A program made the position numbers and the translations under genes. From Thermodesulfovibrionia bacterium (GTDB lineage: Bacteria > Nitrospirota > Thermodesulfovibrionia > UBA6902), in contig CALZMZ010000003.1 in NCBI GenBank assembly GCA_945788685.1, positions 1 through 58,641 of the forward strand: a stretch of 58,641 nt of DNA, in the 5' to 3' direction. The notes beneath the pieces were generated by a model. That model was not told the origin of the DNA. It searched no databases and saw nothing but the letters and a program-made list of their open reading frames with translations. Below, piece after piece: positions 44,049-51,460 of this stretch; positions within the stretch are counted from its first letter, which is position 1; each line of letters begins with the position of its first letter.

Positions 44049-44885
44049 ATGACAACCCGTGAAATCAGTGCAGGAAACATAAAAATTGGAAACAGCAATC
44101 CTCTTGCATTCATTGCAGGCCCCTGTGTAATTGAAAGCGGGGAGTCTACTCTTAAAGCTGCTCATCAAATTAAAGAAATATCAGAACGTCTGAATGTTCC
44201 GGTTATTTTTAAAAGTTCATATGATAAGGCAAATAGAACTTCACTGGCGTCATTCAGGGGGCCGGGTATTAAAGAAGGGCTGGCCATACTGGACAGGGTA
44301 AAGAAAGAAACCGGAATGGCCGTGCTCTCTGACATACATTCCGTAGATGAGATTGAGAAGGCGGCTGAGGTGCTTGACATAATACAGATACCGGCTTTTT
44401 TATGCCGACAGACAGAGATAGTGCTGGAGGCTGCAAGGACCGGCAGAACCGTCAATGTCAAGAAGGGACAGTTTCTGGCGCCGCCGGATGTGGAAAACAT
44501 AATCGAGAAAATAACATCTGAGAATAACTTCAACATAATCATTACTGAAAGAGGCACTTCATTCGGATATAATAATCTGGTTGTGGATATGAGGGGCATA
44601 CCAGTCATGCAGGGTTTTGGATTCCCTGTAGTATTTGATGCTACTCACAGTGTGCAGCTTCCGGGAGGACAGGGCGGCAGTTCAGGGGGAGAGCGCGAAT
44701 TCATAGAGACCCTTTCCAGATCTGCTGTAGCTGCAGGCTGCGATGCAGTGTTTATGGAGGTCCATGAAGACCCTGATAACGCTCCCTGTGATGGTCCTAA
44801 TATGCTGCCTCTTGGGAGATTCTCTGATCTTGCCGGAAGATTAATGGAACTTCATAAGATGATTAAAAAATGGGAATCCGGTTAA
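44049..44885 (+). CDS. kdsA: 3-deoxy-8-phosphooctulonate (KDO-8-P) synthase
   Basis: 278-aa ORF with 'FKSSYDKANRTS', 'VFDATHSVQLPGG' and 'IQIPAFLCRQT'. Confidence 0.9.
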   Translation: MTTREISAGNIKIGNSNPLAFIAGPCVIESGESTLKAAHQIKEISERLNVPVIFKSSYDKANRTSLASFRGPGIKEGLAILDRVKKETGMAVLSDIHSVDEIEKAAEVLDIIQIPAFLCRQTEIVLEAARTGRTVNVKKGQFLAPPDVENIIEKITSENNFNIIITERGTSFGYNNLVVDMRGIPVMQGFGFPVVFDATHSVQLPGGQGGSSGGEREFIETLSRSAVAAGCDAVFMEVHEDPDNAPCDGPNMLPLGRFSDLAGRLMELHKMIKKWESG

Positions 44886-44969
44886 TATTTAATGGTTATT
44901 AGTTATTATATTAAATAATTTTGCTGCTGAGACCGCAGAATATTTAAAATTTGTATATTGGTTTTCAGT

Positions 44970-45046
44970 GTCATTCCCGCTTGTCGGGAATCATCTAGCC
45001 TGATGGTTCATGTTTGTATGAATGATGCTGGACAGGCCAGAATGAC
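44970..45046. repeat. second copy of the GTCATTC...GAATGAC palindromic element family
   Basis: The left end is GTCATTCCCGC with the hairpin ATTCCCG-cttgt-CGGGAAT. The right end is CCAGAATGAC. It is intergenic, upstream of kdsD. Confidence 0.4.
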
Positions 45047-45103
45047 AGAAATATTGAACTGCGGAATAAACAGCAGGATATTTAATTGATAAATATTATA
45101 TGA

Positions 45104-46081
45104 ATGATGGATATGAATGAAATTATTGATGAAGCAAAGAATATACTCAAGATAGAGGCCGAAGCTGTTGAAGCGCTTATCAACAGAATAGACGAGTCTT
45201 TTGTTGAAGCCATAAATATTATGTATACCTGCTCCGGTAAGGTAGTCGTTACCGGCATGGGAAAGTCAGGCATTATTGGTAAAAAGATTGCCGCCACACT
45301 TGCTTCTACAGGTACACCTGCACTGTTTCTGAATCCGGCTGAAGGTAGTCACGGTGATGTAGGGATGGTATCAAAAGGGGACGTCATGCTGGCAATTTCA
45401 AACAGCGGGGACACTGACGAGATAACCAGATTATTACCTACCCTGAAGAGACTGGATATAAAGATAGTAAGCATGACCGGCAGCAAAGGATCATTACTTG
45501 CCAGGTCTTCAGATGTATCTCTTGATATATCGGTCAATGAAGAGGCATGTCCCATGGGTCTGGCACCAACCGCTTCTACCACTGCGACACTTGCAATGGG
45601 AGATGCACTGGCAATTTCTCTTCTCAATAAAAAAGGATTTACCGAGGAGGACTTCGCACTGTTTCATCCGGGAGGTCATCTGGGCAAAAGGCTTCTGCTG
45701 ACTGTCGAAGACCTTATGCATACGGGTGATGCCGTGCCTGTTGTCCTTAATGATATCCTTATGAAAAATGCGATAATCGAAATATCATCAAAAAGACTGG
45801 GTATTACTGCTGTTGTGAATGATGACCGCATTCTGGAGGGTGTCATTACAGACGGCGACCTGAGAAGAGGACTGGAAAAATGGGGTGAGGAATTTTTCTC
45901 CTTAAAAGCCGGTGATGTTATGACGTACAATCCAAAGATCCTGAGAAAGAACATGCTTGCCGCCAAAGCGGTCTCAATGATGGAAAAGTACTCAATCACG
46001 GTTCTCATGGTGACCGATGATGATAATAATATTGAAGGGATTCTTCATCTGCATGATCTGCTGAAGGCAGGAATTGTTTAA
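45104..46081 (+). CDS. kdsD: arabinose-5-phosphate isomerase (SIS domain + two CBS domains)
   Basis: 325-aa ORF with the SIS motif 'VVVTGMGKSGIIGKKIAATLASTGTPA'. The C-terminus has tandem CBS-like segments. Confidence 0.9.
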   Translation: MMDMNEIIDEAKNILKIEAEAVEALINRIDESFVEAINIMYTCSGKVVVTGMGKSGIIGKKIAATLASTGTPALFLNPAEGSHGDVGMVSKGDVMLAISNSGDTDEITRLLPTLKRLDIKIVSMTGSKGSLLARSSDVSLDISVNEEACPMGLAPTASTTATLAMGDALAISLLNKKGFTEEDFALFHPGGHLGKRLLLTVEDLMHTGDAVPVVLNDILMKNAIIEISSKRLGITAVVNDDRILEGVITDGDLRRGLEKWGEEFFSLKAGDVMTYNPKILRKNMLAAKAVSMMEKYSITVLMVTDDDNNIEGILHLHDLLKAGIV

Positions 46082-46084
46082 AAT

Positions 46085-46119
46085 AATTACGAATTACGAA
46101 TTACAAATTTCAAATAATG
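46085..46119. repeat. heptanucleotide tandem array (AATTACG x5, degenerating)
   Basis: The units are aattacg aattacg aattaca aatttca aataatg. The array fills the kdsD-kdsC spacer, and the last unit contains the kdsC ATG. Confidence 0.8.
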
Positions 46120-46644
46120 GATAAAAAAATTATAGAAAAGGCCAGCAAAATTAAACTGCTTATCCTTGATGTAGATGGTGTTATGACAGACGGCAGTATC
46201 ATTCTTGACAATGAGGGGAATGAACTGAAGAGGTTTCATGTAAGGGATGGTCATGGTATTAAAATGCTTGGCAAGGCCGGTATTGAGACCGCTATCATAA
46301 CAGGCAGGCAATCAAAAGTAGTTGAGTTGCGGGCAAAAGAACTCGGGATAAAGGATGTATATCAGAAGATATTTGTTAAATCAGAAATATATGAGCAGTT
46401 ACGCAAAAAATATGAGTGTGAGAATGAAAACATTGCTTTTATGGGGGACGACGTTGTAGATCAGGAACTTTTTAAAAGGGCAGGTCTGACTGCTGCTCCG
46501 GCAGATGCTGAAGAATCTGCAAAAAAATGGGCCGATATAGTATCCGGCAAAAATGGCGGCAGGGGAGCGGTCAGGGAATTCGCAGATATTATTCTTAAAG
46601 CAACAGGCAAGTGGGAACAGGTCTCCGGGGAATCCCTTGGTTAA
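46117..46644 (+). CDS. kdsC: KDO-8-phosphate phosphatase (HAD, YrbI family)
   Basis: 175-aa ORF with HAD motif I 'LLILDVDGVMTDG'. 'AIITGRQS' and 'AFMGDDVVD' are present. Confidence 0.85.
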   Translation: MDKKIIEKASKIKLLILDVDGVMTDGSIILDNEGNELKRFHVRDGHGIKMLGKAGIETAIITGRQSKVVELRAKELGIKDVYQKIFVKSEIYEQLRKKYECENENIAFMGDDVVDQELFKRAGLTAAPADAEESAKKWADIVSGKNGGRGAVREFADIILKATGKWEQVSGESLG

Positions 46645-47179
46645 TCTGCCCACCATAATTACTGTCAGCAGAATCATCATAATTCTTCCATTTGTTCTTG
46701 TTGCTCCCCAAAGTCCGTTTTGGGGCGCCATACTCTTTTCAATAGCAGCCATTACTGACTACTTTGACGGATACTTTGCGCGCAAAACAAAACAGGTCAC
46801 GAAATTCGGAATTCTCCTTGATCCCATAGCTGACAAGCTCCTGGTAATGTCAGCATTAATTCTGTTTGTAGACATGGAATTGATACCGGCCTGGATAGCC
46901 ATAGTAATCATTACGCGGGAGTTCATTGTTACCGGATTGAGAATAGTTGCATTAACAATGGACATAGTCATACCTGCTGAAATGGGTGGTAAAGTCAAAG
47001 TGACCGCTCAGATTGCATCCATAATAACGCTTCTGGTTGACAGGACATTTATTGCCATTGATTTTTATGGTTTGGGAATTCTGTTACTCTGGATTGCCAT
47101 GATTGTGGGACTTATTTCAGGTATTCAGTATTTTATTTTATTCTGGAAAACGATAGACATGACAGACAGGGATTCTTGA
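46637..47179 (+). CDS. pgsA: CDP-diacylglycerol--glycerol-3-phosphate 3-phosphatidyltransferase
   Basis: The CDP-alcohol phosphatidyltransferase motif DGxxAR-x8-G-x3-D-x3-D appears as 'DGYFARKTKQVTKFGILLDPIAD'. The start is placed at TTG 46637 ('LVNLPTIITVSR'), overlapping the kdsC stop. The ORF-track ATG at 46553 would overlap kdsC by 92 nt. Confidence 0.8.
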   Translation: MVNLPTIITVSRIIIILPFVLVAPQSPFWGAILFSIAAITDYFDGYFARKTKQVTKFGILLDPIADKLLVMSALILFVDMELIPAWIAIVIITREFIVTGLRIVALTMDIVIPAEMGGKVKVTAQIASIITLLVDRTFIAIDFYGLGILLLWIAMIVGLISGIQYFILFWKTIDMTDRDS

Positions 47180-47247
47180 GAAGTCAGAAGTAAGAAGTCA
47201 GAAGTAAGAAGTAGGAAGTGAGAAGTGAGAAGTAACGAGTGACAGTT
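47178..47247. repeat. heptanucleotide tandem array (NNGAAGT x10)
   Basis: The units are gagaagt cagaagt aagaagt cagaagt aagaagt aggaagt gagaagt gagaagt aacgagt gacagtt. The array begins inside the pgsA TGA. Confidence 0.9.
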
Positions 47248-47267
47248 TCCATTAAAGAGAGTTTTAA

Positions 47268-47774
47268 ATGAATACAGACTTACTCTTATATATGTTGGTT
47301 CCAGCAGCATTTCTGCTGGGCTCTGTTCCATTTGGACTTATTTTTACGAGAGGATCGGGAGTAGATCTCAGAAGCACGGGCAGCAGGAATATCGGTGCAA
47401 CAAATGTATTAAGAAGTGTCGGTAAAATACCCGCTATACTTACCCTGCTGTTTGATGGATTAAAGGGTGCTGTTCCACTCATCATGTGCAGATATCTTCT
47501 CAGCATGAACTATCCGGAGCTTTCAGCCGGGGAGCTGTGGATGTCTGTTATTGGTTTGACTGTTGTACTGGGTCACATGTATTCGGTCTTTTTAGGATTT
47601 GAAGGTGGTAAAGGGGTTGCCACAGGCATAGGTGTGATAGCTGCCTATAGTCCATCAGTGTCAATTATATTGATAATAATATGGATACTGGTCGCAATAA
47701 TTTCAAAATACTCCTCTCTTGCTGCGCTGGTTTCAGTTGCTGCACTTGGCCGGGAAAGAATCGAGGATGGGTAA
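47268..47774 (+). CDS. plsY: glycerol-3-phosphate acyltransferase PlsY (unusually short C-terminus)
   Basis: 168-aa ORF with 'GSRNIGATNVLR', 'DGLKG' and 'GHMYSVFLGFEGGKGVATG'. It ends 'AALGRERIEDG' directly at the next heptamer array. Confidence 0.8.
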   Translation: MNTDLLLYMLVPAAFLLGSVPFGLIFTRGSGVDLRSTGSRNIGATNVLRSVGKIPAILTLLFDGLKGAVPLIMCRYLLSMNYPELSAGELWMSVIGLTVVLGHMYSVFLGFEGGKGVATGIGVIAAYSPSVSIILIIIWILVAIISKYSSLAALVSVAALGRERIEDG

Positions 47775-47841
47775 GAAGAAAGAAGTGGGAAGTGAAAAAT
47801 GAGAGGTAAGAGGTGAGAAGTACGAGGTGATGGGTAGTGCG
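47772..47841. repeat. heptanucleotide tandem array (TNNGARG x10)
   Basis: The units are taagaag aaagaag tgggaag tgaaaaa tgagagg taagagg tgagaag tacgagg tgatggg tagtgcg. The first unit is the plsY TAA and the last contains the queC GTG. Confidence 0.9.
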
Positions 47842-48622
47842 TAAAAAGGCTATAGTTCTGTTAAGCGGTGGACTTGATTCTGCTACTACTTTTGCGGTGG
47901 CAATTGCAGAAGGGTATGAGGTTTATGCGCTCAGCTTTGATTATGGTCAGAGACATAAAGTGGAACTTGATGCATCCCGGCGCATAGCTGAATATTATAA
48001 AGTAGATAAACATCTTGTTATTGATATCAATTTAAGAGGGATCGGCGGGTCTGCATTAACTTCAGATATTGAGGTTCCTAAGAACAGACAACAGAGCACA
48101 GAATACAGAACGCAAGACACAATTTACAGATCACAGATTACAGATCTTAGATTACAGAAAGAAACACAAATTCCTGTTACCTATGTCCCTGCCAGGAATA
48201 CAATATTCCTTTCATTAGCACTGGCATGGGCGGAGACGTTGAAAGCGTCTGATATTTTCATCGGGGTCAATGCAATAGACTACAGCGGCTATCCTGATTG
48301 CAGACCTGAATATATACAGGCATTTGAAGATATGGCCAATCTTGCGACAAAGGTTTCGGTGGAAGGAGATATCAAGTTTGAAATCCGCACACCGCTTATT
48401 GTACTTTCCAAGGCTGAGATTATAAAAAAGGGGAGGGAACTTGGCGTTGACTATTCGCTTACCTGGAGCTGTTATGATCCGCAAGAATCAGAGAACAGAG
48501 CACAGAACACAGAACATAGACAAGAATACATTCCATGTGGCAAATGTGACAGTTGTATTCTCCGGGCCAGGGGCTTTGAAGAAGCCGGATTATCAGATCC
48601 TCTGAAACCTCCTGTGGAGTGA
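47837..48622 (+). CDS. queC: 7-cyano-7-deazaguanine synthase QueC carrying two in-frame repeat-derived insertions
   Basis: 261-aa ORF with a GTG start and the PP-loop '[12 protein letters not shown]'. '[13 protein letters not shown]', '[11 protein letters not shown]' and the Zn-type cysteines 'SCY...CGKCDSC' are present. Confidence 0.85.
   Translation: MRKKAIVLLSGGLDSATTFAVAIAEGYEVYALSFDYGQRHKVELDASRRIAEYYKVDKHLVIDINLRGIGGSALTSDIEVPKNRQQSTEYRTQDTIYRSQITDLRLQKETQIPVTYVPARNTIFLSLALAWAETLKASDIFIGVNAIDYSGYPDCRPEYIQAFEDMANLATKVSVEGDIKFEIRTPLIVLSKAEIIKKGRELGVDYSLTWSCYDPQESENRAQNTEHRQEYIPCGKCDSCILRARGFEEAGLSDPLKPPVE
48084..48167. repeat. heptanucleotide array (ACAGANN x12, 84 nt) inside queC, in frame
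   Basis: The units are acagaca acagagc acagaat acagaac gcaagac acaattt acagatc acagatt acagatc ttagatt acagaaa gaaacac. The array encodes '[28 protein letters not shown]'. Confidence 0.85.
48481..48529. repeat. second heptanucleotide array (ACAGARC-like, ~6-7 units) inside queC
   Basis: The units are gcaagaa tcagaga acagagc acagaac acagaac atagaca agaatac. The array encodes '[16 protein letters not shown]', between 'SCYDP' and 'CGKCDSC'. Confidence 0.75.
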
Positions 48623-48625
48623 ATA

Positions 48626-48646
48626 TATCGAAGTTGATCTTCGATA
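48626..48646 (+). terminator. hairpin immediately after queC (weak terminator candidate)
   Basis: An 8-bp perfect stem pairs TATCGAAG with CTTCGATA around a 5-nt loop, 4 nt after the stop. The downstream U-tract is poor. Confidence 0.3.
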
Positions 48647-48887
48647 GACGGAATTATATTATTTGCATTTTCAGTCCCTCACCACAGGCCCACACAAATC
48701 TTATTGAGCAGATCGACAAATTAGAGGTTTTTAAAACATTGATTATATTTTTCAATTGCACAAATAGATCATTTAGTGATAAATTATAGATGTAGGCGTT
48801 TTCTATCGTTGATCATTTAAAAAGCTCTCTTTCATAAATAAAATACTGATGTTAAGTGAACCAGACTGTGATTGAGTCTGAAACATT

Positions 48888-49577
48888 ATGAAAAACAGAA
48901 GAAACTATTACCGCATACTTCAGGTTCAGCCGGATGCTCCTCTTGAAATAATCCGTGCAAGTTATCGCACGATTATGAGGGAATTGATGGGGCACCCGGA
49001 TTTTGGAGGTGATCATCATGATGCCATTATTTTTAATGAAGCTTATGCGACGTTGAGTGATAGTGTTAAACGTGCTGAATATGACAAAAAATATTTAAAA
49101 TATATTTCTAATAAAACAGCAGATGAATTAAATATCAGAAAAGAGTCTTCTACAAATATTAACGACCCTCTCCGAACAAGACCTTTTACCCGTCAAACAA
49201 AAGATGTTAAGGACAGTCAGGATTATACGGACCTGAAATCAAAAAAAACTCAAAAGGCATATTGTGAGAACTTTTATCGTGCTGTTAATCGTGTGAAAAT
49301 GAAAGGAACAGAGCTGTACTATTTCACCTCTTCAAATAAAAAACGGCAAGCAAAAATACTGGACCTGTCTCCAAAAGGAATTCGTTTTACCAGCACAGAG
49401 AAATTGACTCGTGAGTCAAATATTAAGATAGGATGTTCTTTATTTAAAGCTGAAGCTGAGGTGGTAAATTATAATCAGGACCTCTCAAGTGACAGGCCCG
49501 TTTATTCAGTTGGGGCCCGCTTCCTCAAGGTTAAGTTTAAGAATCAGACAAGCTCTTTTTATTCTAAATTCGTATAA
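48888..49577 (+). CDS. J-domain (DnaJ-like) - PilZ fusion protein
   Basis: 229-aa ORF. The N-terminal J domain reads 'NYYRILQVQPDA...MGHPDFGGD...AYATLSD..KRAEYD' with HPD. The C-terminal PilZ motifs are RxxxR ('YRAVNR') and DxSxxG ('DLSPKG'). Confidence 0.7.
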   Translation: MKNRRNYYRILQVQPDAPLEIIRASYRTIMRELMGHPDFGGDHHDAIIFNEAYATLSDSVKRAEYDKKYLKYISNKTADELNIRKESSTNINDPLRTRPFTRQTKDVKDSQDYTDLKSKKTQKAYCENFYRAVNRVKMKGTELYYFTSSNKKRQAKILDLSPKGIRFTSTEKLTRESNIKIGCSLFKAEAEVVNYNQDLSSDRPVYSVGARFLKVKFKNQTSSFYSKFV

Positions 49578-49584
49578 TTACCAT

Positions 49585-49809
49585 ATAGAATCTGTCCTCA
49601 TATGCCTGCTTGGAGGTATAATTGGCGCCGCTCTCGGTACAGGTTCTGTTGTTGCCATATCGCATCTGAGCAATAAACCCATACTTCTGGCTACTGAATA
49701 TATTGGAATAGCATTGTGCATATCCATTATCGTCGGTATTGTATCGGGCATTTACCCTGCGGCCAGAGCAGCGTCCATGGACCCGGTGGATGCCCTGCGA
49801 TTTGAATAA
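49585..49809 (+). pseudogene. 3' remnant of an FtsX/MacB-type ABC transporter permease gene
   Basis: It encodes only the last ~74 aa, 'IESVLICLLGGIIGAALG...IVGIVSGIYPAARAASMDPVDALRFE', which is the conserved C-terminal helix of FtsX-like permeases. There is no upstream permease or ATPase sequence, and it abuts the stop of the DnaJ-PilZ gene. Confidence 0.7.
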
Positions 49810-49875
49810 ATAATAACGTTGCAGCATTAATAGGTATCTGGATTAGTAGTTTAAAAAGATCAGTCGAACAGAATG

Positions 49876-50412
49876 TTATCTGTATTTCAATCCAACAGAT
49901 ATCCAGAAGAATGGATTTATTACTCTTATTAATGAAGATGCTCTGTTAGACTTGTAAACAGCAATCGCCCGGTCTATATAATCTATTGCTATATCCGGTT
50001 CAATATCATTACGGCCAAGATTGAAAATATTAAGTATCAAATTTATATTTTTGCCGTGTTCCCTGACAGATACCGAAGGGGTAGAGACAGTATAGGTTTT
50101 TATTCCTGCATGACTTATTATTGCGTAAGCATTCTTTATGATCAGATTAATGCTTTTCTTTGCATCTGCTGCTTCCGGCTTTTCATTATACGTACCGGAT
50201 ACCATATTGAGTATGCTGTTATCAAAATATGTTTGCACCAATGACCGAAATTGTGTTAATAATTTTAGTCGTGCCCTGTTTTCCCAGTAGGGTATATCTT
50301 TATAATTTTTTCTTGCCTGCTTCATTAATTTTCTAACGTATTTGTATTCGATCCGTATTTGATATGCAGGATATTTTCTGCCTGTACCTATTATTCGGTC
50401 TGGAAGTCGCAA
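49876..50412 (-). CDS. hypothetical protein
   Basis: 178-aa ORF with a TTG start and an internal ATG alternative at 'MKQARKNY'. No motif was recognised. It is isolated on the reverse strand. Confidence 0.4.
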   Translation of the reverse strand: MRLPDRIIGTGRKYPAYQIRIEYKYVRKLMKQARKNYKDIPYWENRARLKLLTQFRSLVQTYFDNSILNMVSGTYNEKPEAADAKKSINLIIKNAYAIISHAGIKTYTVSTPSVSVREHGKNINLILNIFNLGRNDIEPDIAIDYIDRAIAVYKSNRASSLIRVINPFFWISVGLKYR

Positions 50413-50617
50413 TTCTTGATGTATCGGGCATCAGTCGGACATTTCACGTTTTCGCGCTTTTTGTAATTTATATCACGGATTTTCAATGAAAAAAAAGATT
50501 ATCTTATTACATTAATGACCCGCAACTAATGATGGCAGGAGATTATTGTAATACTCAAGAATACATGAGGATGTTCCGGTAATGTTAATGATATTAATTA
50601 AATTCAGGAGGTAATGT

Positions 50618-51206
50618 ATGCTTAAAAAATGGGGATCAGAAAAAAGTAATGGTAATTCTGATAGTTCTAAAAAGGACATTCAGAAGGATATTGATGATAA
50701 TGCAGAAAATGTGACATCCGATAAAGGCACTGGTGACAGAAAGGTAAATAACATCCTCAAGGGATGCAAAGTAACAGGAAATATCAATGTAACCTGTGAC
50801 ATGGTATTAAGTGGAGATGTGGAAGGTAATATAATGTAAGGGCAATATTGAGTCCGGGAGTGGAGATGTTGACATCAGGGGAGAGTTAAGGAAAGGAAAC
50901 ATAACAACAGGCGGCAATGTATCAATCTCCGGAAAATTCACCGGAGGAGAAGTAAAAGCAAAGGGCAAGATATTTGTAAACTGTGAATTTACAGGTAAGC
51001 TGGAAGGAAATGAGATCGAAATCGGTGCGAATGCTCATGTCAGGGGAGAATTATTTTACACAGAGTATATCTCGGTGGCCAGAGGTGCCAAAGTGGAAGT
51101 ACATCTTTGTCGTATCCCGGATGAGAGTAAAGGAGAAAATAAAACGCAGCAGAAAAAAGTTCCGGACATGAAGCCGCCCGTGAAAGAATTGGTTGGTGTG
51201 AAATAA
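50618..51206 (+). pseudogene. bactofilin (DUF583-type polymer-forming protein) interrupted by a +1 frameshift near 50835-50840
   Basis: Frame 1 (50618-50839) ends 'ILKGCKVTGNINVTCDMVLSGDVEGNIM*'. The +1 frame is open from 50835 to 51206 with no start codon. It continues the beta-helix repeat: 'GNIESGSGDVDIRGEL.KGNITTGGNVSISGKFTGGEVKAKGKIFVN..FTGKLEGNEIEIGANAHVRGEL'. Confidence 0.65.
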
Positions 51207-51460
51207 ATAGAGCAGTACAATGTGAAATGAAATATATTGCTTATGTTTCATCATTATATATAAAAGATTTGCAATTACATAATATGACCTGAATTACAAA
51301 AGCCTTTACAAGTTTTGTAAAGGCTTTTCTTAACTTGATCCTGGATCCCATGCTGTTTTCAATGTAATTTTCATTCACCTCAACTTTTAACTTATAAGTT
51401 GTTATATTTGTGAATGATGAAGGTAATCGGATAGTTGAGAAAATAAAGGAGACTGAAACT

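Noticed and set aside
46553-46636. The upstream ATG extension of pgsA.
   Set aside because: It would overlap kdsC by 92 nt and adds residues unlike any PgsA N-terminus. The TTG at 46637 gives the typical 'NLP..IT..R' start overlapping the kdsC stop.
43921-48529. The short tandem repeat arrays considered as a possible CRISPR array.
   Set aside because: The period is only 7-8 nt and there are no unique spacers between repeats. No cas genes or leader are present. These are microsatellite-like arrays.
50983-51171. 62-aa ORF (GTG start) inside the bactofilin region.
   Set aside because: It is in a different frame from the reading frame that carries the bactofilin repeat pattern, and its translation is low-complexity. 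It is superseded by the frameshifted bactofilin interpretation.
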